Below, one piece after another: positions 9,608 through 18,643 of a DNA stretch of 64,000 bases; positions within the stretch are counted from its first letter, which is position 1; the number at the start of each line of letters is the position of its first letter. The notes under the pieces were generated by a model that was not told the DNA's origin, did not search any database, and was given only the letters and a program-made list of their open reading frames with translations. Position numbers and translations under genes: made by a program. Source of the DNA: a virus (taxonomy: Duplodnaviria > Heunggongvirae > Uroviricota > Caudoviricetes); IMG/VR virus record IMGVR_UViG_3300037067_005176, positions 125,081 through 189,080 of that record; one strand, 5' to 3'.

Positions 9608-10253
9608 ATGAACCAGCTTAATACTGATCTTGAAACAATAAAAAAGAAAGAAGCTGAGTTTCATCCTACTTGGAAACATACTAATGAAAAAAATAAAGAA
9701 AATGAAATGGATTCTGTAAAAAAGAAAATAAAATTTTATAATTACAGATTGAAAAATTCTAAATCCATTGATGAGAAAACTTTAAAGCTTTGGATTGATG
9801 AATTCCACAAAGAATACAACTATAAGTGATTCATATTTAGGTAGTGGATTAATTTTAAATAGAGCTATTAAGAAATATGGAAGAGAAAATTTTAATAGGG
9901 AAATACTTGAAATAGTTTCAAAAGATACTTGGCAAGAACGCGAAAAACATTGGATTAAAGACACTGATGCTATTAATAAAGGCTATAATATTATGTTTGG
10001 TGGCAATGGTGGAAATACGATTACTAATCATCCTGATAAAGCTATAATACTTGAAAAAATAAGTAAAAAATTAAAAGGTAGGATTAGCGAAAAACACGGG
10101 GTTAAAAATACAAAATTAAAAGGGCGTGTTAGTCCAACAAAAGGTATGAAAATGTCACCGCAATTTTTTAAATATATGAGCGTACTTCAAACAGGAATAG
10201 GTAATAGTTTTTTGGAAAACATCATTCTGATAGCTTTATTAAAAATAGAATAG
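9608..10253 (+). pseudogene. GIY-YIG endonuclease relic split across two frames (9608..9829 and 9795..10253)
   Basis: 9795..10253 aligns with 6540..7358 from SYLGSG..KYGRENFNREILE onward but lacks the GIY half-motif. The upstream ORF ends ...KFYNYRLKN (a GIY-like sequence) in another frame. Confidence 0.4.
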
Positions 10254-10395
10254 AAAATAATCCAAATTCTAAATGTGTAAATTATTTCGGTATTGTTTAT
10301 AAATCAAAATCAAAATGCATGAAGGCAAATAATATTACACGACATAAATTTGATAATTTGATTAAAAATGGTGTTATACACTATATTGAGGGTTT

Positions 10396-10884
10396 ATGAA
10401 ATTTAGAGACGTTTATAATAAAAAGTATGAGGTTTGGTGCGATATGGATGGCGTTTTGGTTAACTTTAAAAACGCTATTGAAAAATTAGGATTAACTATA
10501 AAAAAACTTGATGATGAACCGAATAAAGCTTGGCCAATCATTGCAAAGGCTGGTGAAAATTTTTGGTCGCAAGCTCCATGGACGAATGACGGTAAAGAGT
10601 TGTGGGATTATGTAAAGAAATATAATCCAACAATTTTATCAGCGCCTTCTCAAGCTAATTCATCAAAGACAGGTAAACGAATTTGGGTGAAAAATGAACT
10701 GGGCCAAAATGTTAAAGTTATTTTATGTAAAGCCGCAGAGAAACAACAATACGCAAATTATAAATCTATCCTTATTGATGATATGGAAAAGAACATAGAT
10801 CAATGGGTTGCGAATGGCGGTGTTGGAATTTTGCATAAGAGTGCTAAGGAAACTATAAAGAAACTACAAGATCTTGGACTTTGA
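10396..10884 (+). CDS. 5'(3')-deoxyribonucleotidase-like HAD protein (NT5C family; CDMDGVLVNF)
   Basis: N-terminal DMDGVL motif of NT5C-type nucleotidases. Confidence 0.5.
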   Translation: MKFRDVYNKKYEVWCDMDGVLVNFKNAIEKLGLTIKKLDDEPNKAWPIIAKAGENFWSQAPWTNDGKELWDYVKKYNPTILSAPSQANSSKTGKRIWVKNELGQNVKVILCKAAEKQQYANYKSILIDDMEKNIDQWVANGGVGILHKSAKETIKKLQDLGL

Positions 10885-10887
10885 CGC

Positions 10888-10941
10888 ATGAATTACCAAA
10901 GAATACATGCGAAAAACGAAGTCAACTTGGTCGTAATATAA
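10888..10941 (+). pseudogene. Footprint of an HNH homing endonuclease 5' end (MNYQRIHAKNEV...*)
   Basis: atgaattaccaaagaatacatg matches the 5' ends of the HNH genes at 14152 and 30377 (atgaactaYcaaagaatatatgatgc). Confidence 0.4.
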
Positions 10942-10968
10942 ATAATTCAAAATAATTAGAGAGGTTTT

Positions 10969-11256
10969 ATGAAAGGCGATTTTATTAAATATTTAAGAGA
11001 AGGTTCAATGTCCTTTGGATACACTACTGTTGACTGCGGTAGAGATGGCGATAATCATAGGCATCAATTTAAAGTTGATAAACAAGGAAACGGTATAACG
11101 TCCGAAAACGGTGACTCTGTTCACACGCACATGATAGTGATGGGTCAAGTACATTACGCAAATGGTCACCAACATTCGATGGGTCCTGCAATGGAAGACC
11201 AATCTGAATTCAGAACTGGCGATGAATTTGGTAATGATCTTGGCGTACATCACTAA
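10969..11256 (+). CDS. His/Gly/Asp-rich hypothetical protein (possible metal-binding)
   Basis: 95-aa ORF with RBS agagagg. Multiple H clusters (HRHQF, HTHMIVMGQVHYANGHQH). Confidence 0.45.
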   Translation: MKGDFIKYLREGSMSFGYTTVDCGRDGDNHRHQFKVDKQGNGITSENGDSVHTHMIVMGQVHYANGHQHSMGPAMEDQSEFRTGDEFGNDLGVHH

Positions 11257-11265
11257 GAGGTGAAA

Positions 11266-11910
11266 ATGAAACTTAAAGACTATATTAATGAGCATTTCAT
11301 TTTTGAAAAGACTTATAATGTCAAGTCTTTGACAAAGCAATTGACAAATTATTACAAGATACCGCAAAGTTCAAATCCAGGTGAAATTATGCAGCGTGCG
11401 GGTTCAATTGATAATGCATTAAGTATGATTCTTAAATCTGGTGATACATTTACAGCCGATGAAGAAATTCGGAACCCGGAAACTGGCGAAGTTTATTTTG
11501 CAAAAGGATTTCATAAATCAGGTAAAGACATAGCAATTGCAAACAAGAAAACCAAACAAAAGTATAAAAATATTATACGTCAAGCTAATAAAGATGTAAG
11601 TAAAGCTGAGGTTCCTCCTTTGTTTAAAAATGCAAAAGATATTTCGGACTTTGCATCTTTCTATGATATTGAAGAAAAATCATTAAGCAATATTTACGAT
11701 CATTCTGAAGAAGGCACTTCAGATTATGATTTTGATGTTTCAGTTCCTGTAAAAATTACTCGTAATGATAAGTATAAAATGAGTACTGAAGATAAAGCCA
11801 ATATGAAGAGATTGGTGACTCTTTTGAAAAAGTCGCATAACAATATTGATTTCGCTGGTGAAATGGCTCAAGGTGGAAAATTTTATACAATTGATGTGTA
11901 TTTGAAATAG
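11266..11910 (+). CDS. Hypothetical protein (starts MKLKDYINE)
   Basis: RBS aagagg 5 nt upstream of ATG 11266. The ORF track uses GTG 11260. Confidence 0.5.
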   Translation: MKLKDYINEHFIFEKTYNVKSLTKQLTNYYKIPQSSNPGEIMQRAGSIDNALSMILKSGDTFTADEEIRNPETGEVYFAKGFHKSGKDIAIANKKTKQKYKNIIRQANKDVSKAEVPPLFKNAKDISDFASFYDIEEKSLSNIYDHSEEGTSDYDFDVSVPVKITRNDKYKMSTEDKANMKRLVTLLKKSHNNIDFAGEMAQGGKFYTIDVYLK

Positions 11911-11921
11911 GAGATTTTACA

Positions 11922-12335
11922 ATGGCATTTACGAATTATTTAAAAGAAATGGATGAAGCGCGTTTTGGTGAGATTGGTGAATTTGTGTTTGATTTGTTAT
12001 TCTTTTCAGTTCAAGTTCATGCTTGGCATTTGCAGACAGGATCGTATGCAGCTCACATGGCATTGAATGATCTTTATGATGGTTTGCCAGGTTTGGCTGA
12101 TGATATTGCTGAAGCATTAATAGGCATTAATAGAAAGCTAGTTCTTCCTACAAAGCCTTATACTTTTATTCAAGATAATACCGCAGACACCAACGGAATT
12201 GTTGCAGCAATAAATAGTTTCAAAAGTAGAGCGACACAGCTTACAACCAACGATGAAGTTGGAATCGGTAATACTTTAGCTGATGTCGTTTCGTTGCTTG
12301 ATAAAACAATTTATAAATTATCAAATCTTAAGTAA
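11922..12335 (+). CDS. Dps/ferritin-like protein
   Basis: VQVHAWHLQTGSYAAHMALNDLYDGLPGLADDIAEAL matches the Dps HxWNV.G..F..H.....Y.EL...D..AER pattern. Confidence 0.45.
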   Translation: MAFTNYLKEMDEARFGEIGEFVFDLLFFSVQVHAWHLQTGSYAAHMALNDLYDGLPGLADDIAEALIGINRKLVLPTKPYTFIQDNTADTNGIVAAINSFKSRATQLTTNDEVGIGNTLADVVSLLDKTIYKLSNLK

Positions 12336-12344
12336 AAGGATTTT

Positions 12345-13184
12345 ATGAGTTTTAAACAAAATTATTATGATACGTTGATATGCGAAGCAACAAAAAGACC
12401 TGCGTATGTTTATGCGTTTGATCCATCACGTACTCATATTCCATTAACAACGGATATGATTAGGCGTGTAATTGGCACTCCTAGAATAAAAGCATATCAT
12501 ATTACAGATTCAAAAGGATTTCAAAAATTACAGTCTCTGCAAGGAAAGAAATCTCAAATAAGTTGTTTTACTAATATTGAAGATTTAGCCGGTCAAATGT
12601 CTGGAGTTAATACTACAGGAGGTGTTCTTGTAAAATTGGATGCTGATGAAATTTTAAACACTGCGTTTGATTCATATTCGGTTGTTGATACTGGAGGGAG
12701 ACGTTGGGTTTCTACTGAAGAAATGCATGGCGGATTTCACACGAAGATTTCAAACATCAAAGAAAAAATTATAAAGAAGTTTCTTCAAAATAAAAAGAAC
12801 ATTCGTTCGTGGATTGAAAGACATAATGTCAAAATTCATTCGGATATGGAAAAGAAATTATCAAGCGATTTTCTTTTATTTTATGAACAAGTTTTGAATC
12901 ATCACGCTGTTGAGTTTCTGGAATCTTGTGATAAGTCTGATTTGTATAAAGCGTTGATTGATTTTCATAATGAAATTGAACCAATATTTGAAAAACATAA
13001 AGATGATATTATGAATCAAAGAAAATTCAAAAGCGGTTCAAATTACAATGAAGTGATATGCAATAATATAACAATAACTAAAGTATATGTTATGAAAAAC
13101 ATCGTGAAAGAATTTGAGGAAATAAATCCTGGGTGGAATCCTATCCAAGTTGATTCAAAATCGCTAAAGCTAATCAAATTATAG
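12345..13184 (+). CDS. Hypothetical protein
   Basis: 279-aa ORF with RBS aaaagga. Confidence 0.5.
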   Translation: MSFKQNYYDTLICEATKRPAYVYAFDPSRTHIPLTTDMIRRVIGTPRIKAYHITDSKGFQKLQSLQGKKSQISCFTNIEDLAGQMSGVNTTGGVLVKLDADEILNTAFDSYSVVDTGGRRWVSTEEMHGGFHTKISNIKEKIIKKFLQNKKNIRSWIERHNVKIHSDMEKKLSSDFLLFYEQVLNHHAVEFLESCDKSDLYKALIDFHNEIEPIFEKHKDDIMNQRKFKSGSNYNEVICNNITITKVYVMKNIVKEFEEINPGWNPIQVDSKSLKLIKL

Positions 13185-13191
13185 GAGTGTT

Positions 13192-13470
13192 ATGTCATTT
13201 AGTAATTATATAAAAGAAAAAACAGAAGATCATTCAAATAAGAACTTTGTTGCGATAAATATGGAACGTGAAGGTAAACCTGTTATGCTTACTTCAGGTA
13301 AAGAGTTGGAAAATACGACCGTTTTGTCTTGTACAAAAAATGCTTTAACTTATATTCATGTTGAGCACGATATTGCATCAATTGAACAAATAATTTTAAC
13401 ACCGCCAAGAGAAGTAACATTGCGCTTGGATGTTAATAAATTAAAAAATAATGTAAAACATATTAAATAA
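13192..13470 (+). CDS. Hypothetical protein
   Basis: 92-aa ORF with RBS taggag. Confidence 0.45.
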   Translation: MSFSNYIKEKTEDHSNKNFVAINMEREGKPVMLTSGKELENTTVLSCTKNALTYIHVEHDIASIEQIILTPPREVTLRLDVNKLKNNVKHIK

Positions 13471-13510
13471 TTTTTAAAATCTGGTTGACAAACAATCGGA
13501 TTTTTTATTT
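13471..13510 (+). terminator. Putative weak terminator hairpin with embedded TTGACA followed by T-run
   Basis: aaaatctggTTGACAaacaatcggatttttt. Imperfect stem, T7 run. Confidence 0.3.
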
Positions 13511-13622
13511 TTGTAGATGATCTGGACGCTCTAGATGAGTTGTAATATTCTTTATGTATCAATACTTACAGTAAAACAAACGAGATCTAAAAATGATCTA
13601 AATGAAAATAGGATAAACTATA

Positions 13623-14174
13623 ATGATAAAACTAAATCAAGACAAAAAACTGTTCTTTTTATCGGATGCTCATTTGATGCATGCGAATATCATCAAATAT
13701 TGCAATCGCCCATTCGCTGATGCACAGGAGATGACCGAAACAGTTATACGAAATTGGAATAAAGTTGTTACTGATGAAGATCAGATTGTGTTTTTGGGTG
13801 ACTTTATTTGTGGATGTAAAAATGCTAAAGAAACTTCAGAATACTTTTATGAGTGCCTGAATGGCGAAAAGCATTTCATCCGTGGCAACCATGATACCGA
13901 TGATAAGATGTCGGATAAGTTGAATTGGTATAAGAATGATGAGAACCTTTATAGAACTCACTACAAAGGTTATGATTTGGTATTAAGCCACTATCCTTTT
14001 GAGCGAAAACATTTTAAGCCGTTGGCTAATGCGATTTATATTAGTGGTCATACGCATGATACGGATTTGATTTATGATAAATATAATAAATGTGTAAATG
14101 TGTGTTGCGAAGCTGTAAATTATACACCCATTTTATTTGAAAATATTTTAAATGAACTATCAAAGAATATATGA
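13623..14174 (+). CDS. Metallophosphoesterase (calcineurin-like; DAH..GDF..GNHD..GHTH motifs)
   Basis: Ordered MPP motifs read from the translation. Confidence 0.6.
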   Translation: MIKLNQDKKLFFLSDAHLMHANIIKYCNRPFADAQEMTETVIRNWNKVVTDEDQIVFLGDFICGCKNAKETSEYFYECLNGEKHFIRGNHDTDDKMSDKLNWYKNDENLYRTHYKGYDLVLSHYPFERKHFKPLANAIYISGHTHDTDLIYDKYNKCVNVCCEAVNYTPILFENILNELSKNI

Positions 14175-14757
14175 TGCTATAATTGAACGCGCTAAACTAC
14201 GCGGGCTTAACAAGAAGCTTCTTGATGGCTATTTTGAACGTCACCACATCATTCCTAAATGTATGAATGGAACAAATAACAAAGATAATTTAGTTCTTTT
14301 AACAGCTCGTGAACATTATCTTTGTCATTGGCTACTTTGGAAAGCAAATAAAGAAAATTATAAGTTGTTTTATGCATATCATATTATGACAACCGTAAAA
14401 TCGTTTAAGTTATCGTCTAAACAATTTGAAATAATAAAATATGTTCAAAGAAATGTAATGAGCGTTTTAAAGAAAGGCAAAAAATTTAGTGCCACTCATA
14501 AAGAAAACATTAAAAGAAATCATTTCGATTGTTCAAATTGTAATAATTCATTTTTCGGAAAAATTCATTCAGAAGAATCGAGAGATAAAATAAAATTAGC
14601 GTGGGTTGAGAGAAGAAAAACACCGATGACAAAGGATGTTAAATTAAAACATTCCGAACAAAGTTTAGGACGAAAATGGTATCATAATAACAAAGGAAAT
14701 TGTATTTTTACAAAAGATGATGTTGATTGTAATACTTGGTATCCTGGTAGATCATGA
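14152..14757 (+). CDS. HNH homing endonuclease (ERHHIIPK...N...EH..CH)
   Basis: HNH motif. The 5' end overlaps the MPP gene stop. The same 5' sequence is reused at 30377 and 10888. Confidence 0.7.
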   Translation: MNYQRIYDAIIERAKLRGLNKKLLDGYFERHHIIPKCMNGTNNKDNLVLLTAREHYLCHWLLWKANKENYKLFYAYHIMTTVKSFKLSSKQFEIIKYVQRNVMSVLKKGKKFSATHKENIKRNHFDCSNCNNSFFGKIHSEESRDKIKLAWVERRKTPMTKDVKLKHSEQSLGRKWYHNNKGNCIFTKDDVDCNTWYPGRS

Positions 14758-14775
14758 CACAAAATTAATTTCAGA

Positions 14776-14859
14776 TATAAATAATCGTATAATAAACGTA
14801 TCATGTGAAGCGGCGAACTATACGCCGATTTCATTTGAAAAAATTTTGGAGGTGTTTAA
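14776..14859 (+). other. Relic duplicate of the 3' end of the MPP gene (encodes ..NVSCEAANYTPISFEKILEVFK*), left downstream of the HNH insertion
   Basis: Translates to a near-copy of the C-terminus of 13623..14174 (CVNVCCEAVNYTPILFENILNELSKNI) and carries the RBS ggaggtg of the next gene. Confidence 0.5.
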
Positions 14860-15180
14860 ATGAAATTTAAAGATTATGTAAAAGAAAGTCTTTTGCTTGA
14901 GAAGAAAATTACAATCGGCGGAAAGGAGTTCAATTCGGCTAAAGAAGCTGGACTTTATCTTGGATCAATCGGTAAAACTGCAAAAGAGATTATGAAGCTT
15001 ATTGATACAACCGAATCAATGGCCACCTATTATGCAAGAGTTGGATCAAAGATTAAAAGTTCTGCTCCAAAAACTGCTTCGCTTCCAGTTGTTGCGAAGA
15101 CTACAGGAACTTTAACCGGCACAAAAACAATTGCTCCTGGTGCACGGCTTGGGCAAAAACACAAGAATTTAAGTCGGTAA
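14860..15180 (+). CDS. Hypothetical protein, N-terminal-domain paralog of 47333..47830 (GGKEF..DTTE.MA)
   Basis: Strong similarity to 47333 over aa 1-70. RBS ggaggtg. Confidence 0.55.
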   Translation: MKFKDYVKESLLLEKKITIGGKEFNSAKEAGLYLGSIGKTAKEIMKLIDTTESMATYYARVGSKIKSSAPKTASLPVVAKTTGTLTGTKTIAPGARLGQKHKNLSR

Positions 15181-15257
15181 AAGATGTTTCTGATATTCTT
15201 GGACCTCGCGGAAAGTCAAGTGAAGAAGCCGTTATTGCATTCCTTAAAAAGAATAAG

Positions 15258-15491
15258 ATGAGTGATGATCTTATGGCAAATGTTATTGGTTATTACGGTA
15301 TTGATGGTGAAGATTATTTTGATGATAATGGAAATTGGAAAGATACATCAAAGAAAACTGAATCTAAGAAGACTGTACCCAATAAGAAATTCGCTGATAA
15401 GAAAACATTTTCAGAAGATAAACCGTTTATAAAGCATCGTCAGGATAAAAACTTCACACTTGTTGTAAAAAATAAAAAACAACGCCTTTAG
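15258..15491 (+). CDS. Hypothetical protein; possibly the frameshifted C-terminal part of the 14860 gene (frame open from 15057)
   Basis: Frame 0 is open 15057-15491 overlapping the 14860 ORF. GIDGEDYFDDNGN resembles YHDGTGDF..GDEYGN in the single-ORF paralog 47333. Confidence 0.35.
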   Translation: MSDDLMANVIGYYGIDGEDYFDDNGNWKDTSKKTESKKTVPNKKFADKKTFSEDKPFIKHRQDKNFTLVVKNKKQRL

Positions 15492-15747
15492 TATAAATGT
15501 TGGTCCAACTATTGGCGGAGATAAATGACGTACACATTATTCGGGCGAAGCCATTTCAGATAATAACGCTGGTATTATGAAAATTATAAATTCATATTTT
15601 CCAAACACTGTAAAGGAAATGAGTGGTGGCGGATTGTTTGGAAACATTTCCGATGAGAATCCTGATAAAGCTAAAATAGAAAAAATGTATAATGAACTTG
15701 ACACATATTTGGATGAATTGCGAAGCAAAGTAAAGAAATAAATTTGA

Positions 15748-15779
15748 AGACCGGTTGACAAAACAGCCGGTCTTTTTTA
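15748..15779 (+). terminator. Rho-independent terminator (gaccggTTGACAaaacagccggtc + TTTTTT), also containing a TTGACA -35-like hexamer
   Basis: GC stem plus T6. Confidence 0.6.
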
Positions 15780-15808
15780 TTTTTGTTTTTTACTTTGGAG
15801 ACAAAATA

Positions 15809-16444
15809 ATGCTTATTAATATTGAAGTTCCTGATAAGAATGATAACGCTAAAACTATCGCACTTGTTCGTTATGCTATTGATCGAAGAGAAGAACCTAC
15901 AGCAGTTTTATTTGGTTGTTTTTCTCCATTCACAGGTCCAAACGGTCACGGACGAATGCTTCGTTTTGCTTTTGAAAACAACATAAAGAAGTTTGCAGTT
16001 GTGATGCCAACTAAGGATGATTCAAAAGACACTGATAGAAATATGTTTACCCAAGAACAACGACTTAAAATTGCAAAGATTGGCGCAAAAGAATGCGGAT
16101 TTGATGTTGATGTATTCAATGTTGAAACAACAAATCCTCTTGGTATGTTCAGAGAGATCGCAAGTAAGATCGCTAGACCTGTGTTGATTGTTGGGCCTGA
16201 TAGGAAGATTCAGTTTGAAAAGATGTTTTTAACATTCAGTAAAGAAAATAAATATATTACTGATCCTAACGAAAAGAATTTCGGTAAAGGTGAAATGTTA
16301 GGCATGATTGATAGAGGTGATGTTAACACTTCAGCTACCGATGTTAGAAATTCATTGAAAGAAAACAACAAAGCACAATTCATTCGCCTTACAGGCTATT
16401 CAAGTAAGATATATAAATATTTGAAAAGTTTAATAATGCAATGA
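15809..16444 (+). CDS. Cytidylyltransferase-like nucleotidyltransferase (GCFSPFTGPNGHGRML, an (H/T)xGH-type motif)
   Basis: HxGH-like motif of class I nucleotidyltransferases (NMNAT/PPAT/TagD family). RBS tttggagacaaaataATG at 15809; the ORF track starts inside the terminator. Confidence 0.4.
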   Translation: MLINIEVPDKNDNAKTIALVRYAIDRREEPTAVLFGCFSPFTGPNGHGRMLRFAFENNIKKFAVVMPTKDDSKDTDRNMFTQEQRLKIAKIGAKECGFDVDVFNVETTNPLGMFREIASKIARPVLIVGPDRKIQFEKMFLTFSKENKYITDPNEKNFGKGEMLGMIDRGDVNTSATDVRNSLKENNKAQFIRLTGYSSKIYKYLKSLIMQ

Positions 16445-16450
16445 GGCATA

Positions 16451-17380
16451 ATGCGATTTAAACAATTATTTGAAGCTGAAGAAACCGATAGCAACGAAAT
16501 GAATATAAAGGATGTGTTTAAGGTTAAGACAAAACATCCTTTAAACAAATTCGCTAAGCTCACCGTTTATGGTGTACTTAAAAAGTACGTCAAATCTGAG
16601 GATCTTGGAAAAGTTGCTGAAACGCTTGCATCAAGAAAGTTTAATCTTTCTCAAGGAACTCATTCAATTGACGATGCAATTTCTGATATTCCAGTTTCAA
16701 AAGATTTCTTTGAAGAGATTTACAACAAAAAGAAAGACAGGAATATGAATATGATGGGTCCTGGCGAATTGATGCTTTGGGCTATGTATTCAAACGTGAA
16801 TTTCAATCCTACAGCAGGCGATTTAATTATTGATGGAAAGGTTGTTGAAGTCAAAGCCGCAAGAGGACAATTTGGCGGTGATCCTAAGAAAGGATGGAAA
16901 TCTTGGTCTGATGCAAAAGAAAAAGTGAAGAAAGTAGCTGATGATTTGGATATTGATACAAAGGACTTGGATAAAAACAGAAGTTTGGTTCAGGCAAACT
17001 TACCATCATTATTTTCAATCATAAAAGATACTTTTGATTCAAAGAATAGCAAGGAAATATTTGATCTTGCGACTGCGCTTGTCAATAATGAATCCGCAAC
17101 AATCTTTACAACGCAATTGGAAAAATCATTAAAGAAAGCAAAAGATGCTAACGATGCTTGGCTGATGATGCTTGCGGTTCATTCTCAAATTTATCAAGCG
17201 AAGTATAAGTTTGAATATATTATAAAGTTCAATAGCACAAATAGAAAGTTCCCTCATTCTATAACTGTTATAAATCCTAACGCACATTCAATTGAAAGCC
17301 TCGTTGAGTTTTTCAAATCGAATAACATAAGACCTGAAGAATGGGCATCAACTCGCTCAGGTGGAATGGCTGCAAAGTAA
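16451..17380 (+). CDS. Hypothetical protein with possible PD-(D/E)xK nuclease core (GPGEL...GDLIID...VEVKA)
   Basis: E...D...E-V-K order consistent with the restriction-endonuclease-like fold. Starts MRFKQLFE. Confidence 0.3.
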   Translation: MRFKQLFEAEETDSNEMNIKDVFKVKTKHPLNKFAKLTVYGVLKKYVKSEDLGKVAETLASRKFNLSQGTHSIDDAISDIPVSKDFFEEIYNKKKDRNMNMMGPGELMLWAMYSNVNFNPTAGDLIIDGKVVEVKAARGQFGGDPKKGWKSWSDAKEKVKKVADDLDIDTKDLDKNRSLVQANLPSLFSIIKDTFDSKNSKEIFDLATALVNNESATIFTTQLEKSLKKAKDANDAWLMMLAVHSQIYQAKYKFEYIIKFNSTNRKFPHSITVINPNAHSIESLVEFFKSNNIRPEEWASTRSGGMAAK

Positions 17381-17400
17381 AAATAAAATTATTTCTTAAA

Positions 17401-17428
17401 ATCCGGTAAAACCTACCGGATTTTTTTA
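17401..17428 (+). terminator. Rho-independent terminator (atccggtaAAACCtaccggat + T7)
   Basis: Perfect 8-bp stem plus T7. Confidence 0.65.
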
Positions 17429-17459
17429 TTATTGTTGAAACTTTAAAAAGGAATTTTTT

Positions 17460-18575
17460 ATGGGCGGAAATGTAAAACTTCCAACAGGTGAAAGAGCTGA
17501 AAAGATTAACATCGCTCTTATGAATATCGATGCGTTTAACGATTTCAAAAGAGAATTGCGCAATACATTTCATGACTTCAATATTATGTTTGAAAGAACG
17601 TACAATTATCGTTTATGGCCTAAGTATGATATTTTGTTTTCAAATCAAAAGTTATTTTCAGGCTCAACACGATTGATGTTTAAAAAGTCTTTCAGTCAAT
17701 TCGCTTTATATAAACCAAGCGTCGGCGATATTGATATTCAAGTTCCAAACGAATGTATGACAGATCTTAAATCGTTTCTTTTGAATAACCGCAATATGAT
17801 GTTTGGACACTTCAAATATCTTGGCTTTACAAATACTGGGATGCAACTTAATTGCCTTTTTAAAAGCCCTAAAGAATATAAGATGTTCTCTAAGTATGTT
17901 CAGATTGACTTTGAGGGAACTGAATATGTAAATGACGAACCTTCGGAATTTTCAGCTTTTGGACATTACAGTTCTTGGACTGATGTGAAGGCCGGGATTA
18001 AAGGATTTGCAAACAAGTATCTTTTGAGATCGCTCGCTGCAGGTATTGCAAAGGCTGAAGTTGTTATCATCTCAAGCAAGACAGGTAAACCTATTAAATC
18101 AAAGCCGATGGAAAATCTTTTTGGTTTTTCGGTTGATAAAGGATTTAGAGAAAAGATAAAACCAAATTATGATGAGAACGGAAATCATATAATGATTGAT
18201 AATAAGTATTCATATTTTAAGATTGAACCTAAAGATGCAGTTTATGATAAAGATTTGAGTTCAATATTTGAAAAGATCTTTGATGCTTTACCAAGGGATG
18301 GTGAAAAGTATTCTTTATTCTCATTCATTAGAACACTTGATCTTATGAGTACTTATTGTGCAGATTCAATTGTTGAATCGGTGTTTGAAGATTTTGTTGA
18401 ATTACTTTGGGGTAAGGAAGCACAACGGATTGAGCGTGATGATCCGAAGCTTGATGAAGAGATAAAGAACAAGATGTATAAAGCATTTGTTATAAAGTTT
18501 CCAATTCTTAAAGCGAAGAACAAAAGCATTCTTGTTGTGAAAAAATCCTTTTATGAAAATTATAAAATTTCGTAA
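17460..18575 (+). CDS. Hypothetical protein (371 aa)
   Basis: Long ORF. GS...VGDIDIQV is loosely Pol-beta-NTase-like but not convincing. Confidence 0.5.
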   Translation: MGGNVKLPTGERAEKINIALMNIDAFNDFKRELRNTFHDFNIMFERTYNYRLWPKYDILFSNQKLFSGSTRLMFKKSFSQFALYKPSVGDIDIQVPNECMTDLKSFLLNNRNMMFGHFKYLGFTNTGMQLNCLFKSPKEYKMFSKYVQIDFEGTEYVNDEPSEFSAFGHYSSWTDVKAGIKGFANKYLLRSLAAGIAKAEVVIISSKTGKPIKSKPMENLFGFSVDKGFREKIKPNYDENGNHIMIDNKYSYFKIEPKDAVYDKDLSSIFEKIFDALPRDGEKYSLFSFIRTLDLMSTYCADSIVESVFEDFVELLWGKEAQRIERDDPKLDEEIKNKMYKAFVIKFPILKAKNKSILVVKKSFYENYKIS

Positions 18576-18582
18576 AAACCAT

Positions 18583-18611
18583 TGACATTAAAAACAATTT
18601 ACTAAATTTGA
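18583..18611 (+). promoter_or_regulatory. Candidate sigma70-like promoter (ccaTTGACA, weak -10)
   Basis: TTGACA at 18583-18588, poor -10 (atttga/taaatt). Confidence 0.3.
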
Positions 18612-18643
18612 TTCGTCAAACAATTAACAAAAGGTTCTGCTAA

